A stretch of 50,976 bases of DNA from a bacterium (lineage in GTDB: Bacteria; Zhuqueibacterota; Zhuqueibacteria; Zhuqueibacterales; Zhuqueibacteraceae), in assembly GCA_044869275.1 (NCBI GenBank), contig JBIOXB010000243.1:1-50976 (forward strand). Reading direction: 5' to 3'. Below are positions 19,990 to 29,497 of the stretch, piece after piece. Each line of letters begins with the position of its first letter. Position 1 is the first letter of the stretch. The notes below the pieces were generated by a model that did no database searches, was not told where the DNA came from, and saw only the letters and a list, made by a program, of their open reading frames with translations. The translations under genes and the position numbers were made by a program.

Positions 19990-20454
19990 TTACGATTTCT
20001 CGAGATCAGTCACGAGATTGAATCGGGTGATTTTGACCTTCTGCAACGTATTCATAACGTCTTCCACCACGCCGTAGGGCGCAGTTTTGTCGCCGCTGAT
20101 CACGGTGCGCAATTTCGGATTCGCAATGCGCGCCTGAATCAGCAATTCGGCCAAGGCTTTGCTCTCCACCTCCACGCTGGCGCTCAGCCGGTAATCCGCC
20201 CCGAACAACCGCTCGCGCAGTTGTTGCTGATCGACGCCCAGAAAGATTCTGCCCTCTTTGGTGACGGTGATGATCATCACGTCCGACTCCGGCAGTTTGA
20301 ACGCCGAATGCGAGCTGGGTAATTCGATTTGCACGCTTTCGGGCGGCTTGAATGAGGTGGTCAACATGAAGAACGTGAGCAGCAGGAAGGCCACGTCCAC
20401 CATCGGAGTCATGTCCATTTTGATGCCGACGCGCGGCTTCTTTTTCACGGCCAT
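19990..20454 (-). CDS. exbD: ExbD/TolR-family protein
   Basis: DMTPMVDVAFLLLTFFMLTT; ISGDKTAPYGVVEDVM segment. Confidence 0.92.
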   Translation of the reverse strand: MAVKKKPRVGIKMDMTPMVDVAFLLLTFFMLTTSFKPPESVQIELPSSHSAFKLPESDVMIITVTKEGRIFLGVDQQQLRERLFGADYRLSASVEVESKALAELLIQARIANPKLRTVISGDKTAPYGVVEDVMNTLQKVKITRFNLVTDLEKS

Positions 20455-20484
20455 AGAGTATCCCTCGCAAAGCGAAGTGAGCGA

Positions 20485-21207
20485 TTATTTGTGGCGCAAT
20501 GCTAAAGACTGCACGATGGAATAGCTGGCTTCGTCGATCATATAAGTGAAGCTATCGACTTTATTGGTGAAGAAATTGTAGGCCAAAATGCCGATAATGG
20601 CCGCGATCAGGCCGCCGGCAGTATTGATCAACGCTTCCGAAATACCCAGCGAAAGCTGCACCGGATCCGGCGCACCGGCGCGGGCCATGGCCGCGAAAGA
20701 GCGGATCATGCCGATCACCGTGCCCAGCAAGCCGATCATCGTCGAGACCGAGGCAATAGTGGAAAGCGCAATCAGATTCTTCTCGAGCAACGGCACTTCC
20801 AACATCATGGCTTCTTCGATGGCATGCTTGACGTCCTCCAGCACTTCCTTTTGTTCCATGGCCGTGCCCGAGGATCTAAGAACTTTGTAGCGCTCCAAAC
20901 CCGTGCGAATCACGTTCGCCATGGAGCCGCGTTGCTTGTCGCACGATTCGATGGCGCCATCGACGTCACCGGAGTTGACCATTTTTTGCACACTGCTTAA
21001 AAACGCCGTCACCGAACCTTTGCCTTGCGCTTTGCGCAGCGAAAAAATGCGCTCGAACACGAATGCGGTCACCATAATGGTGAGGGCGATCAAAGCAACC
21101 ACAAGATAGCCGCCGTCCTTGATGAACTTGGGCAGTTGCGAGAAAATGACGAACGCGAAGACGAACGAGGCCACAACGAGCACGCTGACGAAAGCCGACT
21201 GTTTCAT
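20485..21207 (-). CDS. exbB: MotA/TolQ/ExbB proton channel protein
   Basis: LSTIASVSTMIGLLGTVIGMI...GISEALINTAGG signature. Confidence 0.93.
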   Translation of the reverse strand: MKQSAFVSVLVVASFVFAFVIFSQLPKFIKDGGYLVVALIALTIMVTAFVFERIFSLRKAQGKGSVTAFLSSVQKMVNSGDVDGAIESCDKQRGSMANVIRTGLERYKVLRSSGTAMEQKEVLEDVKHAIEEAMMLEVPLLEKNLIALSTIASVSTMIGLLGTVIGMIRSFAAMARAGAPDPVQLSLGISEALINTAGGLIAAIIGILAYNFFTNKVDSFTYMIDEASYSIVQSLALRHK

Positions 21208-21234
21208 AGCGCACGATCCTTTCTTTGGGTTAGA

Positions 21235-21591
21235 TTACTTGGAAGTTGCCTGAAAACTTTTCAAAGCCGCTTCCCGCGTTTCCTCGACGTCGAAAACGCT
21301 GGTGAGTTTGGTGATGACAAAAACGTTTTCCACGCTTTTTCCCATGCCGCAAAGCTTGACCTTGCCTTGCGAGTTGGTGTACGAGGTGAGCAGGTGCACC
21401 AGCGCACCGATCCCGGTGCTGTTGATGTAGCTGACGTTGCTCAGGTCGATGATCAGCTTGCGATTGCCTTGCGCCAGCAGATCTTTGGTTTTGGATTTTA
21501 ATTCGTCGGTTTCTTCCCCGCCAATGATCTTGCCGCGCGGCTCTATCACGGCGATGTCGAGATTATCCAGGGTGGTGACCTTTACGGACAT
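21235..21591 (-). CDS. STAS-domain anti-sigma factor antagonist
   Basis: IIDLSNVSYINSTGIGALV with the phosphorylatable Ser; RBS GAGGAGG before the ATG at 21591. Confidence 0.92.
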   Translation of the reverse strand: MSVKVTTLDNLDIAVIEPRGKIIGGEETDELKSKTKDLLAQGNRKLIIDLSNVSYINSTGIGALVHLLTSYTNSQGKVKLCGMGKSVENVFVITKLTSVFDVEETREAALKSFQATSK

Positions 21592-21686
21592 AAATGCCTC
21601 CTCTATTATTGCAGAATTGGGAGCAGCATACGTCCCGACCGCTCGGAACGAACCAAGAATTTCACCGATGAAACTTCTTCTTCCCA

Positions 21687-21702
21687 TGCAACCGCGGTGC
21701 CA
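21687..21702 (-). promoter_or_regulatory. sigma54 (-24/-12) promoter
   Basis: Minus strand TGGCAC-CGCGG-TTGCA, an exact consensus about 95 nt upstream of the STAS start. Confidence 0.75.
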
Positions 21703-22198
21703 TGCTGCAAAATATCTCAAGCGATTGTAAATTTTACTCTTAAAAATATAGTTGCAGTCCTTGCGTAACCGCAATTGCAACGCTCAGAAGATCGGAAATT
21801 ATCGGAGACAAAGAGGAAGTTTAACGATTTCAAACGGATATGAAAGAATTGTAATTTGCAAGGTGGGATTGCAAATTGCAATTCAAAACTGACCGAGCTA
21901 TGCATGAGCGTGGGTGAGACATTGTCCGCGCGTGCACCCGAAAGTGAGTGGGAGTGATCATCACCTGAGCACAAAAATCGCAAACCGGACTTCTGCGAGC
22001 ACTATGACAGAATCTTAACATTCAATCAAAACCAAAAAATAAATCTTGCAAATGAGCATACGGCTGCTTTTATTCCCGTGCCATATATCGGATTGTTCTA
22101 ACAGTTGGTCAAGGAAGATCGAAACTGCTGGAACGACGGCCATTTTCCAAACCACATTCACCGTTTTTGAACCATGCCCCGACAAGGAGGTTTCAAGC

Positions 22199-22399
22199 AT
22201 GTTCACGACTCAAAATCGTTCGTTTGATCTCATTGAAGTTCTGCCCCCATCTTCCGCGGCATTGCGGGAATATCTCAAGCAGATTCTGGAAGATTCCACC
22301 AAATGGAATGCCGCGATTGAAAGTTTGAATGCCGAAAGCGGCACGTATCGCATTGTGCTGGAAGGCAAGTTGCGCGAATCGCAAGCCGCAACATCATAA
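22199..22399 (+). CDS. Hypothetical 66-aa protein
   Basis: Strong RBS AAGGAGG, ATG at 22199, followed by its own terminator. Confidence 0.75.
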   Translation: MFTTQNRSFDLIEVLPPSSAALREYLKQILEDSTKWNAAIESLNAESGTYRIVLEGKLRESQAATS

Positions 22400-22427
22400 G
22401 ACATTCTTTTTACCCACGGGCCCGAGG

Positions 22428-22461
22428 AAGCACTGAAGCTGGTTTTCAGTGCTTTTTTTTT
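22428..22461 (+). terminator. Rho-independent terminator
   Basis: AAGCACTGAA-loop-TTCAGTGCTT followed by a T-run. Confidence 0.85.
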
Positions 22462-22568
22462 GTGGCGATGAACCAGCAGGCGAGGTCTTCGGTGGAGCTG
22501 AAGCGAATGTGGCCAGTGGTGGGAGCGTAAATATCCACGCCTTTGATTTCCACAACAATCTTTTTGTC
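22461..22568 (-). pseudogene. Short fragment of a type III-like site-specific DNA methyltransferase (Mod)
   Basis: Manual translation DKKIVVEIKGVDIYAPTTGHIRFSSTEDLACWFIAT matches the remembered C-terminal region of Mod proteins that partner this Res family. Not in the ORF track. Confidence 0.65.
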
Positions 22569-22636
22569 CGCAGATTACACAGATTTGCGCAGATTTTTAT
22601 TTAGACCGATCTGCGGAAATCTGTGAAATCTGCGGA
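22567..22636. repeat. Inverted repeat with 9-nt-period arms
   Basis: TCCGCAGATTACACAGATTTGCGCAGAT ... ATCTGCGGAAATCTGTGAAATCTGCGGA. Confidence 0.85.
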
Positions 22637-22679
22637 TTAAAAAATATCCGCAAAGGGCAGATATTTTTGCAGATTTGGT

Positions 22680-23450
22680 GATTTGCGTCAATCGCCGAAA
22701 CCGCCCAGCCCCCGCAGCCCTCGTCATTGTTCACCGTCGTCGAGCGTGTCAGGAATGCTGAATCCCAGGCCTTGATTCTTGAGATAACAAACCACTTCCT
22801 CCGAAGGAACGACGTCAGGTTGGCGATAATAATTCTGAGGATCATTCGGCGGCAACACGCGTATCCGGTCGCGAATCGTAGTGCCGGGCGTCACGATTAG
22901 GAAGGTATCGGATAATCGCCCATTCTAGGTGGTGGCCAGTTTGTTGACGCATGCCAGGCGATGGGCCTGTCCATCACCACCGTCTTTACGGTGCCAGTGG
23001 CTATTTTGGAAGCCAGCAGAAAAAGCATAGGATTGACGTCTTCATTGTAAAGGCGCAATTTGTTTTCAATCCACGCATCGCCGTATTTGCCGGCCACTTC
23101 AGTAATGTAAATGGCGGACTCCAGCGCTTCGATCTGGCAGAAAAAAAGTTTCCGCTCGCGCTCCGAATGTTTCCAGAACTCCAACAGCCGGTTGATAATT
23201 TTGGTGATGCCGAGGTATCCGCTTTGTCGCCAAAGCGCGACGCTCCCGCGCACCTCGTTGATGAAACCAATCGGTTTCATGCGCTCGGCAAGCCATTCCG
23301 TTTCGAAGGTAAGCTGCCGGCCTTTTTTCTTGGGCTGCGCGATGGGAATGAAGTATGAACTGATACGCCGCGCGTCGACGATTTCGTCGGAGATGCCTTC
23401 GTCCGTGAAGCGGAAATGCCGAACCGGTTCTGCAAAAGGCGAGTTGATAA
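22680..23450 (-). pseudogene. Type III restriction endonuclease (Res) remnant
   Basis: Fragments in native order: IINSPFAEP.RHF, LFFCQIEALE, KIATGTVKTVVM (degraded Walker A), FLIVTPGTTIRDR, VCYLKNQGLGFSIP, VNNDEGCGGWA. Frameshifts and large deletions lie between them. Confidence 0.8.
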
Positions 23451-24908
23451 TGGCTTACGATGAACAAGTATCAAAGTCGAGACTTTGCGTAGGGCCAGCA
23501 AGTAAATCCCTACTGCAGTTTTCCCGGACCCCGGCGGCGCCACGAACATTCCCATGTCGTGTTCTGAAAGTTTTTCTACCGCGTTTTTTTGATTGTCAGT
23601 CAGGCCGCCATGGAACTCAACTTCAATGGGAGCGCCAGTAAAACGCTCATCGCAAGTCTCAATCGCGAGATTGAGTGGCTCCAACAAAGCTCGTAGCGCC
23701 TCCCAACACCCGCGCGGGATGGCGAGATGTTTGGGGAACTCTTGTGCACACGAAATGATGCGAGGAATGCGAAAGGTGGAGCGCCGCATCTTCTGAGCCT
23801 CATAGAATTTGGGATTCTGAAACGAGGCCAATCTTTTGATTTCGGCGAGTAAAGCTGAAGGCATATCTTCTTTTTCAATAAAGAGTAAATTGGCGATGGC
23901 TACCCTGAGACAAGAGGGAAGTTGGCCGCGAAGGGGAAGCGGAGATTTTTTGTCAATATGCGAGGCTGCCCACGGCGCATTTTCTGCATCTTCAGAATTG
24001 AATGCAACGCCAGTGATCCGGTCATTCTTTGCCGCTTCGTTGGCTAGTAATTGAACCTCGTTCAAATCCATCTTGCGGATGGAGGCCAGAAACATCCACT
24101 GGTCCGGAAATGGCTCACCTTGTTCATTCAAGAATTCCGTATTACCCAGCTTGCGCGCCTCTTTCTGCAGCGGTAACGCAATCAGATTCCCAAAGCCACC
24201 CTTGGGCATGGTGTCTTGATTTGGAAAGAGCCGATCATAACTTTCCATGCTGAGCTGATGATGCTGGGACATCGTTTCAGTCAAGAGATGACTTCCCAAA
24301 TTCCGTGCAAGAAAGGCCGGTACCGCTTCTGCAAAGAATATCCAGATATGCCCGCCGTTTCCCGATCGCGACCGTTCCAAAGCCGCTGGGACATTCATCG
24401 CCATGCAAGTTTCCAGGAAAGCTCTGGCATTCGCTTTCCAACCATCCTTATCGAAATCAACCGCCAGGAAATAGCAGGTTTCATCCAAGCGCAGAGGATA
24501 TACTCCGAGGACATGTTTGCCTTCGAGATGCGCGCTTAGCGCAGCGTGAGTCAGGGGAACATATCTGCAAGCAGTGCATTTTTTCTCGGGCTTGGTACAA
24601 ACGCCGGGTTGCCATTCATACTCGCAGACCGGACTGTAACCTTTCTTCCCGGTTTTCTGGCTGAACCAATACCGTGCGAATACATCTTTGCGGCCGCGAA
24701 ACAAATCGGCAAACAGTTGGACTTTCGCTTCAGCAGGCGAATATTTGTTGAAGCAGATCCCCGCAATTTCGCTCGCCTTTTCAATCAAGGCGAGTTTAGA
24801 ACGCAGAGCATCCAACTTCGCAGCCGCTTGCTGGCGCGCCTGGTCTAGACACACCAATTCAGCTTCGATTACAGCGAGTGCTTGGAGAATCTGGTCACGA
24901 TCATTCAT
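23277..24908 (-). pseudogene. AEP (TOTE-type) primase-SF2 helicase, helicase truncated after motif Ia
   Basis: Intact AEP motifs (FLAVDFD, ERSRSGNGGHIW, GNLIALPLQ) and a Cys cluster; Walker A PPGSGKT. At about 23450 the frame runs into res DNA out of frame, with no DEAH box. Confidence 0.8.
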
Positions 24909-24913
24909 GGCAG

Positions 24914-25841
24914 CTATCTATCACCGAACAAACTGACATACTCTTGAAAAACAAACAGGCGATTACGTCGTTGTCCGGTGACTTCTTTCAAAATTCCCAA
25001 ACCGACAAAATCTTGGATAAGGGCGTTGGCGGTCGCCGGGGTGATACTTAGGGCTTCTCCAACTTCCGCAGCCGTCACAAAGGGAGTTTTATACAAATAG
25101 TTCATAAGAGCCTTTGCCTTCGCCACCTTTTTCCCCAGCGTAAAAATTTTCCCGCCTTCGATGCGCTCCCTCAATTTTAGAATATGTTGAAATGTCGCCA
25201 CCCCTTTTTTCGAAGTCTCAATAATCGCTACTAGAAAAAACTTGATCCACTGGCTCATGTTGTTGGCGGTGCGAACCATGGAGAAAGTTTTCCAGATCAC
25301 CCATAAGCTCGGAAACTTCCGTATGATGCGGCGGAATAAAGACCGCGTCTTTGATGGTGGCGCCGCCGATCCAATTCTGGCTGGTGCGATATTCGCCCGG
25401 AAGTTTCGCTTCGCCGCGCACGCCTTGCATCAAGCGCTGGTGGGTTCCTTTGAGCAATCGCGTGGAGAGCGGAACGGTTTTTAATTTCTCGATCGCGAAA
25501 TTCATCGCCTGGATATAGTTCTGCACTTCCTGCCAGTCGTCTTTTTTCTCCGGCAGAACTTCACTTTCCCTGAGCAAGGCCTCTTCCACATCGGTTTTTG
25601 TCCCTTCGATCCGGCTTGAGGTGGTGGCTTCCTTGATAACGTGCATGCGAATAAAGATATCGATATCGGGAACATAAAGTGAGAAAGCGTTCAATTCTCC
25701 CAACTTCAAATTGGCTTCAGCCAGAAGTGTATTGATTTTGGGATCCGACCAAAGCCAAGCGTGGTTGATCATACTTGGGCTAAAGCTTTTAAACTGAAAC
25801 TGTAGCTTGTAAATGCCTGATTTGAATTTTCTTAAATCCAT
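24914..25841 (-). pseudogene. Fic-family protein (Fic_N + Fic + HTH) with the catalytic core deleted
   Basis: [12 protein letters not shown] and [13 protein letters not shown] in one frame; C-terminal HTH (LGILKEVTGQRRNRLF) in another. Junction near 25280; no HPFxDGNGR motif. Confidence 0.85.
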
Positions 25842-25860
25842 ATTCACCAGCGTGCTCAAA

Positions 25861-25925
25861 TTGAAATAAGAAATCTTATGTTTTAAGTTGGGGCGTTAAA
25901 CTAAAATAAGAAATTCTATATTTTA
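25861..25925. promoter_or_regulatory. Two imperfect palindromic direct repeats upstream of fic (candidate operators)
   Basis: TTGAAATAAGAAATCTTATGTTTTA and CTAAAATAAGAAATTCTATATTTTA, starting 40 nt apart. Confidence 0.4.
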
Positions 25926-26013
25926 GGGAAAGTGACTGATCATAATTTTCCAACTTTTTCATAAATTTTTCGAGAGAAAGGGAGCTATGTTGGAAGATTT
26001 TGTGATTGCAGCT

Positions 26014-27330
26014 TCACACCAACTCAAAATACTTCTCCCTTTCCCATTCCGAAATCACGCCAACATACTTTCTCCACTCCGCGCGCTTGATAGCAGTGTA
26101 AACGTGAATGAATTCCTCGCCGAGCATGTGCACGATTTTCGATGAAGCCTGCAAAGCTTCCACAGCCGCATGCAAATCACGCGGCACGGTGGCAGGCAAC
26201 TCATAAGCATTACCGGAGATTTGCGGCTTAGGTGAGAGCTTTTCTTGCATGCCCAGCCAGCCGAGGGCCAGGGCCGCGGCGATGACGAGATAAGGATTGC
26301 CATCCGCGCCGGGGATGCGATTTTCGAGTCGGCTGGCGCTGCCCTCGGCCGCGGGCACACGCAATGAGACCGAGCGATTATCTAGTCCCCAGGAATCGTT
26401 GATCGGCGCATAGCTGCCGGGGCGCAGGCGTTTGTAACTGTTCACATGCGGGGCGAAAAAAGCCATGGCGGGATTCAAATAGTGCTGGCAGCCCGCGATG
26501 AAATGCTGCAACGGCGGCGGCAATTCTTTCTCATCCGAACGGCGCGCAAAAACATTTTTCCCCTCTTTCCATAAACTCATGTGCAAATGAAAGCTCGAGC
26601 CGGCCGCATCCGCAAAGGGCTTGGCCATGAACGTGGCGTGCAAGCCGAGCTGCGCCGCGGTTTCCTTCACCATGTTGCGAAAGAGAAAGGTATGATCGGC
26701 CATTTGCAGGGCATCTTCGTAGCGCAAGTTGATTTCAAATTGTCCGGGCGCGTATTCCGAGAGCGTGGCTTCAAGCGGAATGCCCATCGCTGCAGCGTGC
26801 TGTTCAAATTGTTCGAGAATTTTTTCAACGGAGACAATATGCAGAATGCTGTAGGCCTGGGTCCCGGTCGTGGTCGGCTGGCGCGTGTCACGGTGCAATA
26901 GATAGAATTCCAATTCGGAGGCGACTTTGGCAGTATAGCCCGCTTCCCCCAATTGCTGGAGAATTTTCTTGAGAATGAAACGCGGATCGGCAAAAAAAGG
27001 CTTGCCCTTTTCGACAAAGGCCTCGACAATCACCTGCGCGGTATGTTCTTTCCACGGCACCGGCGTGAGTGTATCGAGATCGGGAATGGCGAGATAATCA
27101 GGATCGCCATGCTCCCAGAGCAGGCCGGTTTCGGCAATGGTTTCGCCTTCGATGTCCATGGCAAATATGGATTGCGCGAAACCCACGCCCGTTTCCACGC
27201 TTTTGAGAAAAATCTCCGCCGGCACGTTCTTGCCGCGCATCAAGCCGTTTTGATCGGCAAATACCAGGCGGATTTTTTTGATGCCGTGCTTTTGGAGGAA
27301 TGCTTCGGCACGCTGACGGGTTTCGGACAC
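26014..27330 (-). CDS. Glutamine synthetase-like gamma-glutamyl ligase (PuuA-like)
   Basis: ELEFYL, EYAPGQFEIN, TFMAKP, HLHMSL, NSYKRL, RLENR motifs; next to a PuuD-like gene. Start moved to the GTG at 27330 (GGAG RBS). Confidence 0.88.
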   Translation of the reverse strand: MSETRQRAEAFLQKHGIKKIRLVFADQNGLMRGKNVPAEIFLKSVETGVGFAQSIFAMDIEGETIAETGLLWEHGDPDYLAIPDLDTLTPVPWKEHTAQVIVEAFVEKGKPFFADPRFILKKILQQLGEAGYTAKVASELEFYLLHRDTRQPTTTGTQAYSILHIVSVEKILEQFEQHAAAMGIPLEATLSEYAPGQFEINLRYEDALQMADHTFLFRNMVKETAAQLGLHATFMAKPFADAAGSSFHLHMSLWKEGKNVFARRSDEKELPPPLQHFIAGCQHYLNPAMAFFAPHVNSYKRLRPGSYAPINDSWGLDNRSVSLRVPAAEGSASRLENRIPGADGNPYLVIAAALALGWLGMQEKLSPKPQISGNAYELPATVPRDLHAAVEALQASSKIVHMLGEEFIHVYTAIKRAEWRKYVGVISEWEREKYFELV

Positions 27331-27436
27331 GCTCGCTCCGTGGTTGAAATGTCCATTTGAGTGATGTGTTGATGCGTCACAAGATTTCTCTAAAAATAGG
27401 TTTTGTAGTAGCTCCTTTAGGAGCCGAGCGTTCACT

Positions 27437-27573
27437 ACCGCAGAGTCGCCGAGCACGCAGAGGTTGAAAAAAATTAGATTTTACTGACTCGGTTAAGCAC
27501 CACACAAAGGGCCGCTTCCAACCGAAGCTATTGGAGAGCTTGAGGTTCTCTGCGAACTCCGCGTCTCGGCGGT
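27437..27573. repeat. Inverted repeat with 9-nt-period arms and an ~85-nt spacer
   Basis: ACCGCAGAGTCGCCGAGCACGCAGAG ... CTCTGCGAACTCCGCGTCTCGGCGGT. Confidence 0.7.
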
Positions 27574-27709
27574 TTGATTTTATGAATTAATTAGGCTAAC
27601 AGCTCATGCACCCGAATAGATTCAAAATTTCCGTCATGCTCCGGCGTCCACCTGGACATGCCAATTCCTGCGGAATCGTACGAGTGAGATCGTGCCACAA
27701 AAAAGCTTT

Positions 27710-28447
27710 TCAGAACACCTTAACGCGCTGCATATGATCCCTTAAAGCTTGTATAAAGCTCTTGAAAATGTCCTGTGACAGTTGATCCACATCATGCGTG
27801 CGCTCGGGATGCCATTGCAGGCCGAGCAGATAATGATCCGAGTCTTCTCCCTGCACGGCCTCAATGATGCCGTCCTCCGCCCAGGCAATCGGTTTGAGCC
27901 CTTTGCCCGGTTCGCGCACGGCCTGATGATGCTCGCTGTTGACTTGAAACCAGGCTTCTTCTCTTTCGGCGTTCAAGAATGTATCTGGCGCGAGACGCAC
28001 GCCGTGCACAAAAGTCTTGGCAGGGTCATCGACGTCGTGATCAACCGGCGTCGAGAACTGGCTGGGCAGGTCTTGCAGCAATGTGCCGCCGCGAAAAACA
28101 TTGAGCGATTGAAAGCCGCGGCAAATGCCCAGGATCGGCAGCCGGTCGGCGTGCGCGCGCTGCAGCAACAGCCAATCAAAGCGATCACGCTCCTCCGTCA
28201 CCGGCCCCAAATTCGGATGCGGCGCTTCGCCGTATAATTTCGGATCCATGTCGCTGTGACAGCCGGAGAGCACAAGGCCGTCGAGCAGCGGCCAGATGTG
28301 ATCGAGATAGTCGCTGGCGGCAATCAACGGCAGGACCATAGGGATGCCGCCATGCGCATAAATTGCAGCGGTGTATTTCACAGGCATGCGGTAGAACTTT
28401 TCGTCCGGGAGTTTTTGGGCTTGGATGCCAATGAGAGGTTTGCGCAT
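27710..28447 (-). CDS. Gamma-glutamyl-gamma-aminobutyrate hydrolase family protein (peptidase C26, PuuD-like)
   Basis: LGICRG nucleophile elbow, VNSEHHQ, QWHPE. Confidence 0.92.
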   Translation of the reverse strand: MRKPLIGIQAQKLPDEKFYRMPVKYTAAIYAHGGIPMVLPLIAASDYLDHIWPLLDGLVLSGCHSDMDPKLYGEAPHPNLGPVTEERDRFDWLLLQRAHADRLPILGICRGFQSLNVFRGGTLLQDLPSQFSTPVDHDVDDPAKTFVHGVRLAPDTFLNAEREEAWFQVNSEHHQAVREPGKGLKPIAWAEDGIIEAVQGEDSDHYLLGLQWHPERTHDVDQLSQDIFKSFIQALRDHMQRVKVF

Positions 28448-28456
28448 AAGAGAATT

Positions 28457-28556
28457 AGATTACTGGATTGATGGATTACTGGAGTGGTGGATTAATGGAT
28501 TGGTGGAATCTGCATTTATCCAACAATCCAGAAATCCAACACTCCAATACTTCAAC
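28457..28556. repeat. Inverted repeat with 8-nt-period arms
   Basis: TGGATTGA/TGGATTAC/TGGAGTGG/TGGATTAA units, then TCCAACAA/TCCAGAAA/TCCAACAC/TCCAATAC units. Confidence 0.8.
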
Positions 28557-28576
28557 AGTGCAATTCCCCAACGTGG

Positions 28577-29230
28577 TCATACAATTTGCTTGAGTTCTAC
28601 TTTCACCTTCCCCTCCACTTCGGCCACGGCGTAGTAGCCACTCTTCACCGGGCCGCAGTTAACGACGATCGTGCCGCCGATTTCATCCACACCGCGTGCT
28701 TCGTGAATGTGGCCGCAGACCACGAGCAGGGGGTTGACTCTTTCCACCCACGCGCGCACGGCCGTGCTGCCGACGTGCTTGCCGCTGTTGTTGTAATCGA
28801 CTTTGGTGTCGTGAGGCGGCGGATGCGAAACCAGGATCGTGCGCGCATGCGATTGGACTTGGGCGTGGCCTTGTGACAGAAAAAAATCCAACTGTTTCTC
28901 GGAAAACTCATACATATCCCCGCGCCAAGCCGGCATGGCTGAAAGCCCAAAAAAGCCGATCCCGTTCATCTCTTTTCCGTTCGCATGCAAGCTCACGCCG
29001 CGGCGGTGAAGCATGGCGTCGATGTCAGAGCTGTCGCAATTGCCGGCCACGGCCAGCACCTTCGGGCAGTACAACAACGCCAGATCCAGCAAGTCTTCCG
29101 CCTCCTGCGGCGGGCCGAAGTTGGTAAAATCGCCGCCGATAATCAAAACCTCCGGCTCGGGCTCGCGTTGGAGAATCTGTTCGAACTTTTGGCGGTGGCT
29201 GTGGATGTCGGTAATGCAGAGCAATCGCAT
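28577..29230 (-). CDS. Calcineurin-like metallophosphoesterase
   Basis: TDIH, GGDF, GNCD, SHPPP and GHIHE motifs. Confidence 0.92.
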   Translation of the reverse strand: MRLLCITDIHSHRQKFEQILQREPEPEVLIIGGDFTNFGPPQEAEDLLDLALLYCPKVLAVAGNCDSSDIDAMLHRRGVSLHANGKEMNGIGFFGLSAMPAWRGDMYEFSEKQLDFFLSQGHAQVQSHARTILVSHPPPHDTKVDYNNSGKHVGSTAVRAWVERVNPLLVVCGHIHEARGVDEIGGTIVVNCGPVKSGYYAVAEVEGKVKVELKQIV

Positions 29231-29497
29231 AAACTTCCGTCCTATTACCCAGGAATGACATGAAAGGCAATGTCGATTGTTTCACAAATATAGTCAGAAG
29301 CTACTGGCGTGTCAATCTCTAAATTGACGCATAAGTTTACAAAATTTCACAAATTGATAATCTCTATGACTCACGCTTGACATATTCCTCTGCAACATTT
29401 AACGTGCAACTTGCCGCAGATTCAATGGCGCCCGGCGCGCTGGCTGGAGGTTGTCATCTGTCACAGAAATTCTGAAAAGTTCAGCTGGAGAAAAAAC

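Noticed and set aside
25218..25300. Programmed frameshift in fic
   Set aside because: No slippery sequence, and the catalytic HPFxDGNGR region is absent from both frames, so a deletion explains it better.
26014..27330. Calling this gene glnA
   Set aside because: The divergent N-terminal domain and adjacency to a peptidase C26 gene favour a gamma-glutamyl-amine ligase.
27331..27456. N-terminal extension of the GS-like ORF given in the ORF track
   Set aside because: It runs into a repeat arm; a better GTG with RBS lies at 27330.
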